A DNA stretch of 64,000 bases. Source: a virus. Taxonomy: Duplodnaviria; Caudoviricetes. Every line of letters begins with the position of its first letter. Position 1 is the stretch's first letter. The notes beneath the pieces were generated by a model. It saw only the letters and a list, made by a program, of their open reading frames with translations. It was not told the origin of the DNA and did no database searches. This document shows positions 47,928 through 58,246 of the stretch, in pieces. Position numbers and translations under genes: made by a program. Location: IMG/VR virus record IMGVR_UViG_3300014039_000028, positions 14,387-78,386 of that record, one strand, 5' to 3'.

Positions 47928-49214
47928 CTATGAATCTATAACCGCCTCGTGCCAATGGTTTCCCGAACTGGAAATTATTTTGTCCACGTTTTTGTCCACA
48001 TCCGGACTTTTTTTGTTTTTGCGAAATGCGTCAATAAGTTCAGAATCTGAGAGAAGATCATCCTCGTCGACGTCGGTATAAATGTTGGCTGTAAGCGCCA
48101 TATCTGAATGTCCCATGTACCGTTGGGCATCCCTAAGTTTGACCCCGGCTTTCTTCAAATCGGTGCAGTAGGTATGTCTTAGATCGTAAAGCACAAGGTC
48201 ATCGGCTATGCGATGTCCATTTCTCGGCTGCGTTGGGTTGTCCGGATCCGGGTACATTGGTGTGCCATCAGGCAGCAGATCGGACGGATCATATATATGT
48301 CCCTTTGCAGTATACTCCGCTCCGAGAGCAATGTCCATATCACGTTTAAGATTTTCCCACCACCTGCGTATACAGGTTTCTGTGACCATCGTTTTTCCGT
48401 CTCGCTGGGTAAACAGAAAATCTGTGGAAGATTTCTCTGCAACGGCCTTTTTCAGCTCATCGGCCAAATCGAGCGGGATGGGTATTTGCCGAAGTCCTGC
48501 ATGAGATTTTGGGCCTCCACCGAGGGCTTTTGTTCCCGACTCAACACTGTCGCGAACAGTAAGAACCCTTTTCGTTAAATCGAGGTCAGCAACTGTCAGA
48601 GCGGAACATTCGTTAGGGCGCACACCGGTTCCGATAAGAAACTTTGCCCACAGTCCATGTTTATTGCGTTCCACTACGATGTCGAATGCGTCTCTCTCTG
48701 CAGCTGTCAGCGCTCTCCTACGCCCTTTTTCAGCGGCGGGCAATTCCAGTTTCAAAGACGGGTCAAAGATAATCACGCGCGAGGCTACTGCCTGTGAGAA
48801 CATTGCTTTAATGACTATGCGCAGCTTTGAAACATGAGAAAAGGATTTTGTGGCTTCCCGGTTCAGTATATTTCGCAGGTGCGTGTCTGTTACCGCCTCA
48901 AGCTTTTTTCTGCCTATTGCGGGTATGATAATGTTATTTATCATCCGCTCATACATACTGTACGATTTCTCGGTCATAGTATTGCGGCGTTTGGCCGTGC
49001 CCGGTTTACGCACTTTCGGCTTAACGTATGTGTCAAGCCAAGTCTGTGCCCAGTCCGCAACTGTGGGATTAACGAGTGCCTTTTCCTTGTTCTCCAGTTC
49101 TGCAAGTTTCAGGGCTATTTTTTCCTTGCAGTCCGCCTCATCTCTACCCTTGACGTAGTAGCGCTGCCCCATATATGTAAAACTTGCCGACTTCCGTGCA
49201 GGAGATTTTGTCAT
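47928..49214 (-). CDS. int: Phage integrase (tyrosine recombinase)
   Basis: GVRPNE, YDLRHTYC, MGHSD, IYT; SAM-like N-terminal domain; beside attP. Confidence 0.92.
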   Translation of the reverse strand: MTKSPARKSASFTYMGQRYYVKGRDEADCKEKIALKLAELENKEKALVNPTVADWAQTWLDTYVKPKVRKPGTAKRRNTMTEKSYSMYERMINNIIIPAIGRKKLEAVTDTHLRNILNREATKSFSHVSKLRIVIKAMFSQAVASRVIIFDPSLKLELPAAEKGRRRALTAAERDAFDIVVERNKHGLWAKFLIGTGVRPNECSALTVADLDLTKRVLTVRDSVESGTKALGGGPKSHAGLRQIPIPLDLADELKKAVAEKSSTDFLFTQRDGKTMVTETCIRRWWENLKRDMDIALGAEYTAKGHIYDPSDLLPDGTPMYPDPDNPTQPRNGHRIADDLVLYDLRHTYCTDLKKAGVKLRDAQRYMGHSDMALTANIYTDVDEDDLLSDSELIDAFRKNKKSPDVDKNVDKIISSSGNHWHEAVIDS

Positions 49215-49236
49215 TTCCTCTCTCCCCTTTTAATCA

Positions 49237-49935
49237 TTAACCTTTGCGCCATGCTCTTATCTCGCGCAAGGCTATCCATGCGATCGCACCTATCCCGATG
49301 ATAAAGACGAGAAGGAGCACCGCGGCAAATATACTGAGCTGTCCAAAGAGGATAAGCCCCTTGTCGTTCAGATTAAAGTCCATAACGAGGTAGTAACCCA
49401 ACGAGACTTCGAGTATTCCCGCCAAGAAAAGCAAAATATAGATAATCGGTTTTCTGGACGTAAGTTCCTTAGTCACACGCGCATTTTCTCTCATCAGACC
49501 GTCGTTGATAGCGTTCAAGCGGTTTACCTCGCCTTGAAGTCGAACATTTTCCAGTTCCAGTTCGTGAACACGGTCACGCTGATCTGAGAGCTGCTCGCTG
49601 CCATTGGCAAGTCTCTCGTTCTCCGCGGTCAGTTCGCGGATCCGCTGCAGGAGTACCTCTCGCTCGTAAGCTGGCTGCAACCCAAACACTTCGTCCGCAG
49701 ACAGCTCAAGAGCATCGATCAACGCTATCGCGTCAGATACCTTTGGGTTATCCTGCGTGTCTGCGCTTATTTTACAGACAGTCGAATAAGATACGCCTGA
49801 CTGGTCAGCCAACGCCTGATTTGTCAGTCCTTTTTCCGTGCGAGCTTTTTTGATTTTCTCCGTAAAATCCTCAAAAAACTGCTGCAATCGCTGGTACGAT
49901 GTCACAATTCTCCCCTCCAAACAAAATTTCTCCAA
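49237..49935 (-). CDS. XRE HTH, coiled-coil and two-TM membrane protein
   Basis: GLTNQALADQSGVSYSTV; heptad region; two C-terminal hydrophobic helices. Confidence 0.7.
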   Translation of the reverse strand: MEKFCLEGRIVTSYQRLQQFFEDFTEKIKKARTEKGLTNQALADQSGVSYSTVCKISADTQDNPKVSDAIALIDALELSADEVFGLQPAYEREVLLQRIRELTAENERLANGSEQLSDQRDRVHELELENVRLQGEVNRLNAINDGLMRENARVTKELTSRKPIIYILLFLAGILEVSLGYYLVMDFNLNDKGLILFGQLSIFAAVLLLVFIIGIGAIAWIALREIRAWRKG

Positions 49936-50269
49936 AAGAAAGAACTCCTGTTTCGACCCTTTTCGACTGACTTCTCCGAATCGAACAGGTATTCTCTTTT
50001 TAGGAGATGGACTTTGAAGATTTCATCTGCTACCATCGAAAGCGTAGCAGATACCCGTGCAATGTTCTATCTGCTGCAAGCTCCGGCGGAGGCGGCAACC
50101 AAGGCCGGAGCGTTTTTGCAAAAAGAGAAAATCTGCAAGCGTATAGACGCTTACAGTTTTGCGATGGGCGGCGGCAGGGCGGCGTATCCTGCATCTCAGA
50201 TTCCCTTTCGGGAGCGTCGGGAGCCTTTCCGACCTCAACGCCCAGTGGTATTCTGTTCGCGTCTGCTTA

Positions 50270-50734
50270 TTATTTATCTTCTGTTAAAATTCGCATTATC
50301 GCCATTATATCTACCTGAGGGCGAATAGTTCCGCTATCAACAAGATTGAGAAACTTCAAAGCCTTTCTCGTTATTGCCTCAACCATATTCGTTTCATGTA
50401 CTATATAGGGCTGCCCGCCAATAGTCCAACTTCTCAGTATGTAATCCTCGGTAATTGGAAACATATTCCCAATGTTGAAGCCGCGTTCTCTGCCCGCGAC
50501 TTGACCGATGTGGTAATAAATACAGTTCCCCTTACCTCGCTTCGCCTCTTCTCTGGCGATTTTCGCTTTAATGTTATCAACTTGAGAAGAAATCGGTATC
50601 ATCCACAGTAAGCCATTCAGGTCTTTTATAGCGAAGAAAAACGGACGCTTCTCGTTTTTATTATCGACCCAATGCGAATTGGGAAATCTCTTGAAATATT
50701 CATCCTTAATGATATACAACCCGTTTTGCGTCAT
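50270..50734 (-). CDS. cptN: Type III toxin, CptN family endoribonuclease
   Basis: GLYIIKDEYF...KRPFFFAIKD..GLLWMIPISSQ...IGNMFPITEDYI. Confidence 0.85.
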   Translation of the reverse strand: MTQNGLYIIKDEYFKRFPNSHWVDNKNEKRPFFFAIKDLNGLLWMIPISSQVDNIKAKIAREEAKRGKGNCIYYHIGQVAGRERGFNIGNMFPITEDYILRSWTIGGQPYIVHETNMVEAITRKALKFLNLVDSGTIRPQVDIMAIMRILTEDK

Positions 50735-50761
50735 TTGTCTATGTCTCTTCTTTCTAAACAG

Positions 50762-50791
50762 AAAAGCCCCACGAGGAGACGTGGAGCTTTT
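50762..50791 (-). terminator. Terminator between antitoxin repeats and toxin
   Basis: GAAAAGCTCCACG-tctcct-CGTGGGGCTTTT. Confidence 0.8.
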
Positions 50792-50792
50792 C

Positions 50793-50884
50793 TGTAAGCA
50801 AGACACACTCTTGTATCCCGCTGGTGCCAAGCGGTAGTTGTAAGCAAGACACACTCTTATATCCCGCTGATGCCAAGCGGCAGT
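50793..50884 (-). ncRNA. Type III antitoxin RNA (cptI): two tandem 46-nt repeats
   Basis: ACT(G/A)CCGCTTGGCA(T/C)CAGCGGGATA(T/C)AAGAGTGTGTCTTGCTTACA x2; pseudoknot CCGCT/AGCGG plus GGCAY/GTGTC; promoter TTTACT...TATAAT near 50950-50980. Confidence 0.85.
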
Positions 50885-51062
50885 CAGATGGCGCAGACGC
50901 AGAACTAAAGTCCTTTGTCATGGCAAGCAGTCACCCGCTTGCAGAACCATTATACCACATCTTACGCAAAAGTAAACAGAAAAGTCCCTCTGTATTCAAT
51001 TTTACGGATTGTCCAGCTGTGTCCAGTTGATTAAATACTAAAAAACATACGCAACAAATAAA

Positions 51063-51245
51063 TTGATGGGAGGTAAGGTGTTGTCGGATTATGGACGAAC
51101 CAAGTTTGAGGAAGAAGTCCTCATGTTGTTTCACAAGGTCGAACCGGAGCGCCGGGAAGAATTTATTTCCCTGCTGCGAAAGTGCGCAGCATCTGAAGAA
51201 CAGACTCCCTCTGTTCCGGAGCAATCCTTTTCAATAGCTCTTTAA
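51063..51245 (+). CDS. Small hypothetical protein convergent on cI
   Basis: RBS GGAGGT; overlaps the cI 3' end. Confidence 0.4.
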   Translation: MMGGKVLSDYGRTKFEEEVLMLFHKVEPERREEFISLLRKCAASEEQTPSVPEQSFSIAL

Positions 51246-51729
51246 CCTCATCAGTCTGGCGCAAAAGCTCATCGCTTTCAATAGCGGTGGGCTTTTTTAT
51301 TTTGTCTAAAAACTCCTCAACTTCCGCGCGGCAGTCGAGAACATCAGCAATGGCATAGATGTCATCCATAGATACTCTCGGCATGTTGCCTACCCTTAGG
51401 CTCTCAATAATGTTGTCCTTATTTGAAACCTTGGCTTCTTCCTGAGCAAATTCATAAGAAATTTGAGAATCATAACATGCACGAGAAAAAATGCCGAATA
51501 GTTCCTCTTGCTCCTCTTCCGCAGGCATAATGATTCCCAAGATTTCGTCTACGCTCACACCGAAGTAAGTAGCAAGTTTCCCAGCAGTAGCGCTGTCAGG
51601 CAACTGTGATGGCTTGTCCCAACGTTTCCACTTTGTTGTAACGCTGTTGCTTAGTCCCACGTCGGCGGCGGCGCGGGAAGGGCTTACGCCTTTGGCGCGG
51701 CACAAAGCTACATATCTGTCAAAAAACAC
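51163..51729 (-). CDS. CI-like repressor (XRE HTH)
   Basis: GVSPSRAAADVGLSNS...KLATYFGVSVDEILG; divergent from cro. Confidence 0.85.
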   Translation of the reverse strand: MFFDRYVALCRAKGVSPSRAAADVGLSNSVTTKWKRWDKPSQLPDSATAGKLATYFGVSVDEILGIIMPAEEEQEELFGIFSRACYDSQISYEFAQEEAKVSNKDNIIESLRVGNMPRVSMDDIYAIADVLDCRAEVEEFLDKIKKPTAIESDELLRQTDEVKELLKRIAPEQRESVLQMLRTFAAGK

Positions 51730-51763
51730 AATTATCGCCCCTTGTTTTTGTGCATAACAACAA

Positions 51764-51900
51764 TTCTAACTGAAAGACGATGACGGTTATTGACTTTCTA
51801 ACTACAAGACGATATAATATGCCCGTAATCTACTTCGAGTTAGAGAATATGCGAGTATTTATATTTATGGTCAACTATAAATTACCACATTTTCTAACTC
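51764..51900. promoter_or_regulatory. Lysis/lysogeny switch region
   Basis: TTGACT-17-TATAAT; direct repeats TTCTAACTGAAAGACGAT and TTCTAACTACAAGACGAT plus further CTAACT half-sites. Confidence 0.7.
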
Positions 51901-51936
51901 TGGTCAAGTAGGAATGTCGGAAAGAGAGGTGGCATT

Positions 51937-52137
51937 TTGAAAGAAGCATGGACAGGTCAGGTTGTAGGCGACATGCACGTTTACGAGATAACTTTCAACG
52001 ACATCGCGTCAAAGACTGGCTATAACCCAAAATACATATGCGCTTTGCTGAATGGTTCATATAAAGCCGACAGGGCAAGGAAGAAAATCGAAGCAGCAAT
52101 GTATCAGCTTATTGCTGAAAAGGAGAGAAACGCATGA
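51937..52137 (+). CDS. Cro-like regulator
   Basis: WTGQVVGDMH...ITFNDIASKTGYNPKYICALLNG. Confidence 0.7.
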   Translation: MKEAWTGQVVGDMHVYEITFNDIASKTGYNPKYICALLNGSYKADRARKKIEAAMYQLIAEKERNA

Positions 52138-52931
52138 ACGAATTGCAGGTATTCAAGAACGAAAAGTTCGGCACAGTCCGAACCATCACAGAGAACGGCA
52201 GAACGCTCTTCTGCGGGACTGACGTGGCAAGAGCTTTAGGCTACACAAATCCACAGAAAGCCATACGCGATCACTGCAAGGGGGGAACGAAACGTTCAGG
52301 GGTCTCCCTTACCACTAATCAGCACGGAGTGACAACGGAGCAAATCACGGAAATGACGTTTATTCCAGAGGGTGACATTTACCGGCTGGCGGCGCGTTCC
52401 AAGCTTCCCGGTGCGGACGAATTTGAGCGCTGGATATTCGACGAAGTGCTTGTCTCGGTGAACCACCACGGCGCTTACATGACTTCTGAGGCAATAGAGC
52501 AGGCTCTACTCAATCCTGACACGATTATCAAACTTGCAACAACTCTCAAAGAAGAGCGTGAACAGCGCATGGCACTTGCTGCAAAAATCAAAGAGGATGC
52601 TCCGGCTACCAATCTTGGTTATGCCGTAACCGCCGCTGATGACTCCATTCTGATCGGCGTAATGGCAAAAATTCTCAGGCAGAACGGGTATGACACCGGC
52701 GAGCAGAGGTTATTCGAGACGCTGCGCAGAGAGGGCTTCCTCATCAAGTCCGGCAGCGACAGAAACATGCCGACGCAGCGTGCTCTTGAAATGGGACTGT
52801 TCACCATCAAGGAAAACGTGCATGTCACCCCAAACGGCAGTTTCACGACGCGCACGACGTTAGTGACAGGCAAAGGTCAGAGCTACTTCGTCAATCGCTA
52901 CTGTGGAAAGAAAACGGAGGGGAAGAAATGA
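52134..52931 (+). CDS. BRO-N / KilA-C antirepressor
   Basis: FGTVRT...DVARALGY...IPEGDIYRL; C-terminal TTLVTGKGQSYF. Confidence 0.9.
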   Translation: MNELQVFKNEKFGTVRTITENGRTLFCGTDVARALGYTNPQKAIRDHCKGGTKRSGVSLTTNQHGVTTEQITEMTFIPEGDIYRLAARSKLPGADEFERWIFDEVLVSVNHHGAYMTSEAIEQALLNPDTIIKLATTLKEEREQRMALAAKIKEDAPATNLGYAVTAADDSILIGVMAKILRQNGYDTGEQRLFETLRREGFLIKSGSDRNMPTQRALEMGLFTIKENVHVTPNGSFTTRTTLVTGKGQSYFVNRYCGKKTEGKK

Positions 52932-55108
52932 GTCCGAATGATGAAAACTTTGTGAACGGCATACGGCCTTGCAGTTTGCCCAAGGAAAAGCTGGAAAAAC
53001 TGCTCTCCAGAATAAAGTTTAAGCGCGTTCTGGTGGAAGCAGAGTTCGATACCGAAACTTCAAGGGCGATAGCAAAGGAGCTTCAAGAGCTGATTGCGGA
53101 GCTTTATCAAATCAAGGCGGACGTGAAATCGCTGGACAGCTATTTGCTTGATGAGTATCTCGACTGCATTGTAGATGTGACAGAGTATTTGCATGAGTAC
53201 ATATCGGTGCAGTTCCCTATACGCCACCATTGCAAGACGCACAAGGCGGTTGCGGAATACGAATCTCGGAAAGCAAGGGCAATGCGAAAGTGGGAGCGTT
53301 TCAAAAAGAAGGTTGAGCGCCGCTGGCATAGCACTCAACCCTCCCCCACATCACGAGGTTAGACGTTGACGGCTGCAACCGTTACCATCAAACCCCCGGC
53401 GGGAACGGATTAAAGTGCGGGAAATACTTCCTGTCCATTTTGAGCAACGAGCCGCAGCGAAAGCATACGGTTTCAGGCTCCGTTACGTCGAACACTTCTT
53501 TGCAGCACGGACACTGAATTGTGTACTGCTCTCGCCCTGCGACCTTCGCAATAGGTTTCACTTGAAAAACTTTCCGTTCCGCCATTTAATCACCCCCTTT
53601 GCATGAAAGTGGGGCAAAAGAAAGAGGACGACACCTCTCTCCGGTTCAATATAACACAGTTTCGGGGTGAGGACAATCAAAAATCTACTCTGAGGAGTGA
53701 ATATCAAATGGACAGCATCGCATCGGTTTTCATTCTCGTTGTCTTGGTTACATGGGGCGTGATCGCCCTGCTCAATCGAATAGTCACGGAAGAAGAGAGA
53801 CGCCATCACGACAGCGAGCGTGCATGGCAGGAAGCGGGGTACTGAATATGGCTTTCCGTATGCCGCCGTGCAAGGACGCGCACGGCAATGAGTGTCCGGA
53901 ACGTTCACTCGGCTGTCAGGGTACATGCAAGCGCATGAAGGAGTACCAAGAGTTCCTTAATGAGCATGACCGCGCTGCACGCCAGAAAGAGCGGCTGCTG
54001 TCTAAATATCAATTCGAGATGTCTGAAAGTGTAAGGCGATACGGCGGATGCCGCACACCGAGACAGATTTGCAAGGACATCAGGAAACGCGAGGAAAGGA
54101 GACTGCGCAATGCCAAGGTCAAAGTTGATGCGGGATCCCGCTGAGGACGTTATTGCCGAGGAGATACGCAAGAACTACGGCGGAATGATGAATCTGGCTA
54201 CGGTTCAAAGCTTTCTCGGCGTCAAGGATTGCAGGACTGCCCGACGTTTCCTTAACGGTGTTACAAGTTATTCCATAAATGGCCGAAGCATGTGGATGGC
54301 CTCTGACATTGCTCACAGGCTGGTGGAGGTAAGGGACTTATGATGATCGTCGCCACTATCCCCCAAGGCAGCTACGTAAAAATTGCCGCGAGCGCCGTAA
54401 TGCCGTGGAAATCCATCGACGCAATCGCCACTGTCACGACGCGTCTGACCGAGCCGCAAGAGGTCATAGACCGCTGCCTTAACTGCACATGTCCAGAGTG
54501 CTGGAACTGCATTGCATCCCGCAGCAAGCGCGCAAAAGCAAGAAAGGAGGCTCAGTAATGGGTGCGTGTCATCAATGCAAATGCTTCTACTGCGAAAATC
54601 TCTGCACCAAGAAGTGCCCTATCGGGCGCGTGTGTTCCACCTGCTATAAGGGAACGAACGGCCAAAGCTTCAAGATCACGCACTGCGACAAGCAGGTTCC
54701 TTACGATCCTACATACACCGTCACAACCGCCCCGCAAAGACCCAAGCACAATCGTAAACCTTTGATCCGCAAAAACAAGCGGACAAGCAATAAGAAAAAA
54801 ATAGGAGGATAAAAATGGGATATTACAGCGGAATCATCGAACACGACACCGGTATGCACGCCGATGCCGATCAGCAGGTCGCCGGACAGTCCATGATGAG
54901 GGTGGAGGTCACCCTTTCAGAGTACCGCGACCTCGTCGAGAAAAACGCCATTGCGTCGCATAAGCTCGGTCTCGCAAATGATCGTATCACCGAGCTGAAG
55001 CAGAAGCTTTACGATGCTCTGAAAGTCCTGGACGCGGACAACAAACTGACCGCCATGCAGAAAGAAGACTTTCAGAAACTTCTCGGCGACTATCAGGTCA
55101 AAAAGTAA
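52928..55108 (+). other. Small early genes (52928-53362, 53848-54144, excisionase-like 54110-54343, 54340-54558, 54558-54812, 54815-55108) plus antisense Zn-finger ORF 53388-53585
   Basis: Coupled ORFs after cro/ant. Confidence 0.55.
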
Positions 55109-55132
55109 TTTTAACAGGAGGAAAATCATGCT

Positions 55133-55993
55133 ATGAACGAATCTCTTATGTCGCGCTCCCCTGCTACTCAGATGAGCGTCTATCAGGAAAGCAAGGAGCT
55201 TTCCGAAATCAAGGGTAAGATGTACCTTGCCCGTCAGTTTCCCCGCGATCCTGAAATGTCCATGCAGAATGTTCTCCGCGAGTGCCAGAGGAAAGACCTT
55301 GCGGAAGCGGCGCAGTATGAGTTCCCGCGCGGCGACAGCGTTGTCAGAGGCCCGTCTATCCGTCTGGTGGAAGTCCTTGCCCGTCATTGGGGCAACATCA
55401 TGTCCGGCATAACCGAGGTGGATGTGCAGGACGACACGACGACAATAAAGTGCTTTGCATGGGATTTGGAGACAAATGCCTCCGATGAAAAGACCTTCTC
55501 CGTGAAGCATGAGCGCTCGACGAAGAAAGGCAGCTACCGTCTGACCGACGAGCGCGATATCTATGAAATGGTCGCCAACAAGGGTGCAAGGCGTAAGAGA
55601 GCCTGTCTGCTGGCCGTCATGCCCGGCTGGTACGTCGATGCGGCGCTGGAAGAGTGCGACAAGACGCTTTCCGACTCACTTTCCAAGAGCGGAGAGAGTT
55701 TGGAAGAGATAATCGAAAAGACAGTGGCCGCCTTTGCTGGCTTCGGTATCACCCCAGAGCAGATCAGCGCCAAACTCAACAAGGATATCGACAAACTCAG
55801 CAACAACGACATCGTCAAACTCCGTCATCTGTATTCCGCCATCAAGGACGGCTTTGTAAAGGCCACAGATGCCTTTGGAATCGCTTCTGCTTCCGATGCT
55901 GCTCTTCCCTCTACGGACGAGGAAAACGCGCTGGAAGCCCTTAATAAGAAGCTTGCAAAGAGCAGGGAGAAGCGCAGTGGAACTGACGCGTGA
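55133..55993 (+). CDS. Putative single-strand annealing protein/recombinase
   Basis: ARQFPRD...GPSIRLVEVLARHWGN; directly upstream of exonuclease and SSB. Confidence 0.55.
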   Translation: MNESLMSRSPATQMSVYQESKELSEIKGKMYLARQFPRDPEMSMQNVLRECQRKDLAEAAQYEFPRGDSVVRGPSIRLVEVLARHWGNIMSGITEVDVQDDTTTIKCFAWDLETNASDEKTFSVKHERSTKKGSYRLTDERDIYEMVANKGARRKRACLLAVMPGWYVDAALEECDKTLSDSLSKSGESLEEIIEKTVAAFAGFGITPEQISAKLNKDIDKLSNNDIVKLRHLYSAIKDGFVKATDAFGIASASDAALPSTDEENALEALNKKLAKSREKRSGTDA

Positions 55994-56873
55994 TAATTAT
56001 TACACGCCTGAGGTCGATTGGGAGTACATGTCGTGCTCCCAATATCAGGCATGGAATGAATGCGAGGCGCGGGAACTGGCTATTCTGCAGGGGCGCTGGC
56101 AGCCGGAGGAGAAAGAGGCCTTTCTCGTCGGCAATTACTTCCACACGCACTTTGAATCCCCGGAAGCACACGAGCAGTTCTGCAACGAGCATTTCGACAA
56201 GATATTCAAGACCAAGACCATCAAAGGCAAGGGCGGCATGCCCGACCAGACGGTCGTTACCGGCAAATATGCTCCCTATGAGCAGGCTGACAAGATGATA
56301 CAGACCGCTGAAAATGACGAGTTGATACAGTCTCTTGTCGGTCTGCCGGGTGAGAATGAAATGATAATGCACGGCAAACTCTTCGGCGTGCCGTGGCGTA
56401 TCAGGCTCGACAAATACGTCCCTGACGGGCGCATGATCATCGACTACAAGACCGTTGCAAACATCGGAGAGCTGAAATGGAGCGATGAACTTCACGAAAA
56501 GGTGACGTTCATAGACGCTTACGGCTACATGATGCGTGCCGCCGTCTACAGCGAGATTGAAAAGCAGTACGCAGGGAGCAAAGAAGACCCACAGTTCATC
56601 ATCATCGCTATATCGAAGCAAGACCCGCCTGATAAAGACGTGCTCAGTCTTAATCACCGACAGCGATATGACTATGAGCTTGAGAAAATCGCCAAGCGCT
56701 TGCCCATGATCCAGATGATAAAAGAGGGGCGCACAAAGCCCAAGCGCTGCGGGTACTGCGATTACTGCCGCGCAACTAAAAAACTCTGGGGGATAAGACC
56801 TTATTACTCACTCATGCCCGAATTTCGAGAGGAGCGCGAGGATGATGCAGCCGCAGAGTTCCGTCCTGAATGA
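55977..56873 (+). CDS. PD-(D/E)XK exonuclease (DUF3799-like)
   Basis: YMSCSQYQ, WRIRLDKY, IIDYKT, YGYMMRAAVY. Confidence 0.85.
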   Translation: MELTRDNYYTPEVDWEYMSCSQYQAWNECEARELAILQGRWQPEEKEAFLVGNYFHTHFESPEAHEQFCNEHFDKIFKTKTIKGKGGMPDQTVVTGKYAPYEQADKMIQTAENDELIQSLVGLPGENEMIMHGKLFGVPWRIRLDKYVPDGRMIIDYKTVANIGELKWSDELHEKVTFIDAYGYMMRAAVYSEIEKQYAGSKEDPQFIIIAISKQDPPDKDVLSLNHRQRYDYELEKIAKRLPMIQMIKEGRTKPKRCGYCDYCRATKKLWGIRPYYSLMPEFREEREDDAAAEFRPE

Positions 56874-57189
56874 AAGAGATCGTTGTTGGGTCGTTCATAA
56901 GCGCCGCGCTTGTTGGAGTTCGTGCCCGCTTTGCGGAGCATCCATAAGGTGGGTGCGCTTATGGGACGGCACATACTCCCCTTGCGACGAGGAACCGGTT
57001 TTATTCTGGGTTCCGGAGAACCAAAAGGGGCGGTACAAGGTCGTCCTAAAGGGCGAGATTTGGGAGCACGTCTCTCTCAAAGTCCCACCCGGAAAGAAAG
57101 CAAAATATGCGAGTCTCCCGCATTATTATTCATGTCCCAAACTCCGTGCCGAGCGCCGGGAATGGGCATTACGCCACAAGGAATGGTAG
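56842..57189 (+). CDS. Zn-finger hypothetical protein
   Basis: CPLCGASIRW...PCD...PHYYSCP. Confidence 0.55.
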   Translation: MMQPQSSVLNERDRCWVVHKRRACWSSCPLCGASIRWVRLWDGTYSPCDEEPVLFWVPENQKGRYKVVLKGEIWEHVSLKVPPGKKAKYASLPHYYSCPKLRAERREWALRHKEW

Positions 57190-57198
57190 GAAAAATCT

Positions 57199-57654
57199 AT
57201 GCTTAACAAAGTATTGCTTCAGGGGCGTTTCGTCAGAGACCCCGAAATTCGCACAACGCAGAGCGGTAAATCTGTCGTGTCTTTCACTCTGGCCGTGGAT
57301 CGTGATTTCGCGCCGCAGGGTCAGCAGAAAGAAACCGACTTCATCAACTGTACCGCTTGGAACGGCACGGCTGATTTCATCGCCAAGTATTTCTCCAAAG
57401 GCAGCATGGCTACCCTCTGCGGCAGCTTGCAGATACAGAACTACACTGATCGCGACGGCAACAAGAGGACTTCCCCGAATGTCAACGTCGAGAACATCTA
57501 TTTCGCCGGTGACAAGCGCTCCGAGAAGTCCGAGGGTAAGCCGAAAGAGCAGCCCTCATCAAAAGACGAATCTGCATATTCTTCCAACTCCAATCCTGCG
57601 CCGAAGCAGACGTTTGAGGAACTGGATGGCGATGGGGACGACCCGCCTTTCTGA
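57199..57654 (+). CDS. ssb: Single-stranded DNA-binding protein
   Basis: MLNKVLLQGRFVRDPEIR...FTLAVDRDF; acidic tail DDPPF. Confidence 0.93.
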   Translation: MLNKVLLQGRFVRDPEIRTTQSGKSVVSFTLAVDRDFAPQGQQKETDFINCTAWNGTADFIAKYFSKGSMATLCGSLQIQNYTDRDGNKRTSPNVNVENIYFAGDKRSEKSEGKPKEQPSSKDESAYSSNSNPAPKQTFEELDGDGDDPPF

Positions 57655-57667
57655 TGCGAGGTAGCAC

Positions 57668-57934
57668 ATGAGAGACAGGACAACAATTTCAAATGAGGTC
57701 GTGGGGCGGTATTCTTTCAGCCGCCTCACACCCAACGCACAGGCGCTGTATTTCCATCTCTGCTTTGCCGCAGATGATGAGGGCGTTGTGCATGATCCGG
57801 CAGCAGTGCTCAACAAGGTATGTGCAGACAGTCTTGATCTGGAAGAGCTGATCTCCGCTGACTTCATCACCAGTCTTGGCGAAAGCGGCGTATTCATCCG
57901 CCATTGGGCACAGCATGTCGGGATAGATGACTAA
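57668..57934 (+). CDS. Stand-alone replication-initiator N-terminal domain (type 1)
   Basis: NAQALYFHLCFAADDEGVV pattern; 88 aa only. Confidence 0.65.
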   Translation: MRDRTTISNEVVGRYSFSRLTPNAQALYFHLCFAADDEGVVHDPAAVLNKVCADSLDLEELISADFITSLGESGVFIRHWAQHVGIDD

Positions 57935-57951
57935 GGAGGGGGGCACACATC

Positions 57952-58245
57952 ATGCCTTGCATAAACATCTTCGATCCCCAAATAGCCACGAAGTATGGTG
58001 TCAATGCCGCCATTCTCTTCGAGGATATACTCGTCAATAGCTTAACGTCTTACGATGGTCGGCGATGGTTGCGCAGCAGCGTGAGACAATTCGGAGAGAA
58101 GTATCCCTATATGTCAACAAAAGCAATAAACAAGGCGTTAAAAACGCTTGCAGACGCAGGACAGATTACGGTCGGCAACTTCAACGACGACCCGCACGAC
58201 AGAACACTGTGGTACGCAGTCTGCGACGAGCGTTACTTGAGATAG
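57952..58245 (+). CDS. Stand-alone initiator winged-helix domain (type 2)
   Basis: FDPQIATKYGVNAAILF...HDRTLWY pattern; 97 aa. Confidence 0.65.
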   Translation: MPCINIFDPQIATKYGVNAAILFEDILVNSLTSYDGRRWLRSSVRQFGEKYPYMSTKAINKALKTLADAGQITVGNFNDDPHDRTLWYAVCDERYLR

Positions 58246-58246
58246 T

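Noticed and set aside
47875-47950. Complete tRNA-Thr gene
   Set aside because: 5' half (acceptor 5' strand, D-arm) is absent, so it is the attP core
50007-50328. Two overlapping plus-strand ORFs between the XRE-TM gene and cptN
   Set aside because: Cannot decide which frame, if any, is real; no recognisable motif
50793-50884. Possible CRISPR mini-array
   Set aside because: Repeats are contiguous with no spacers and precede a terminator and CptN, so this is a type III antitoxin
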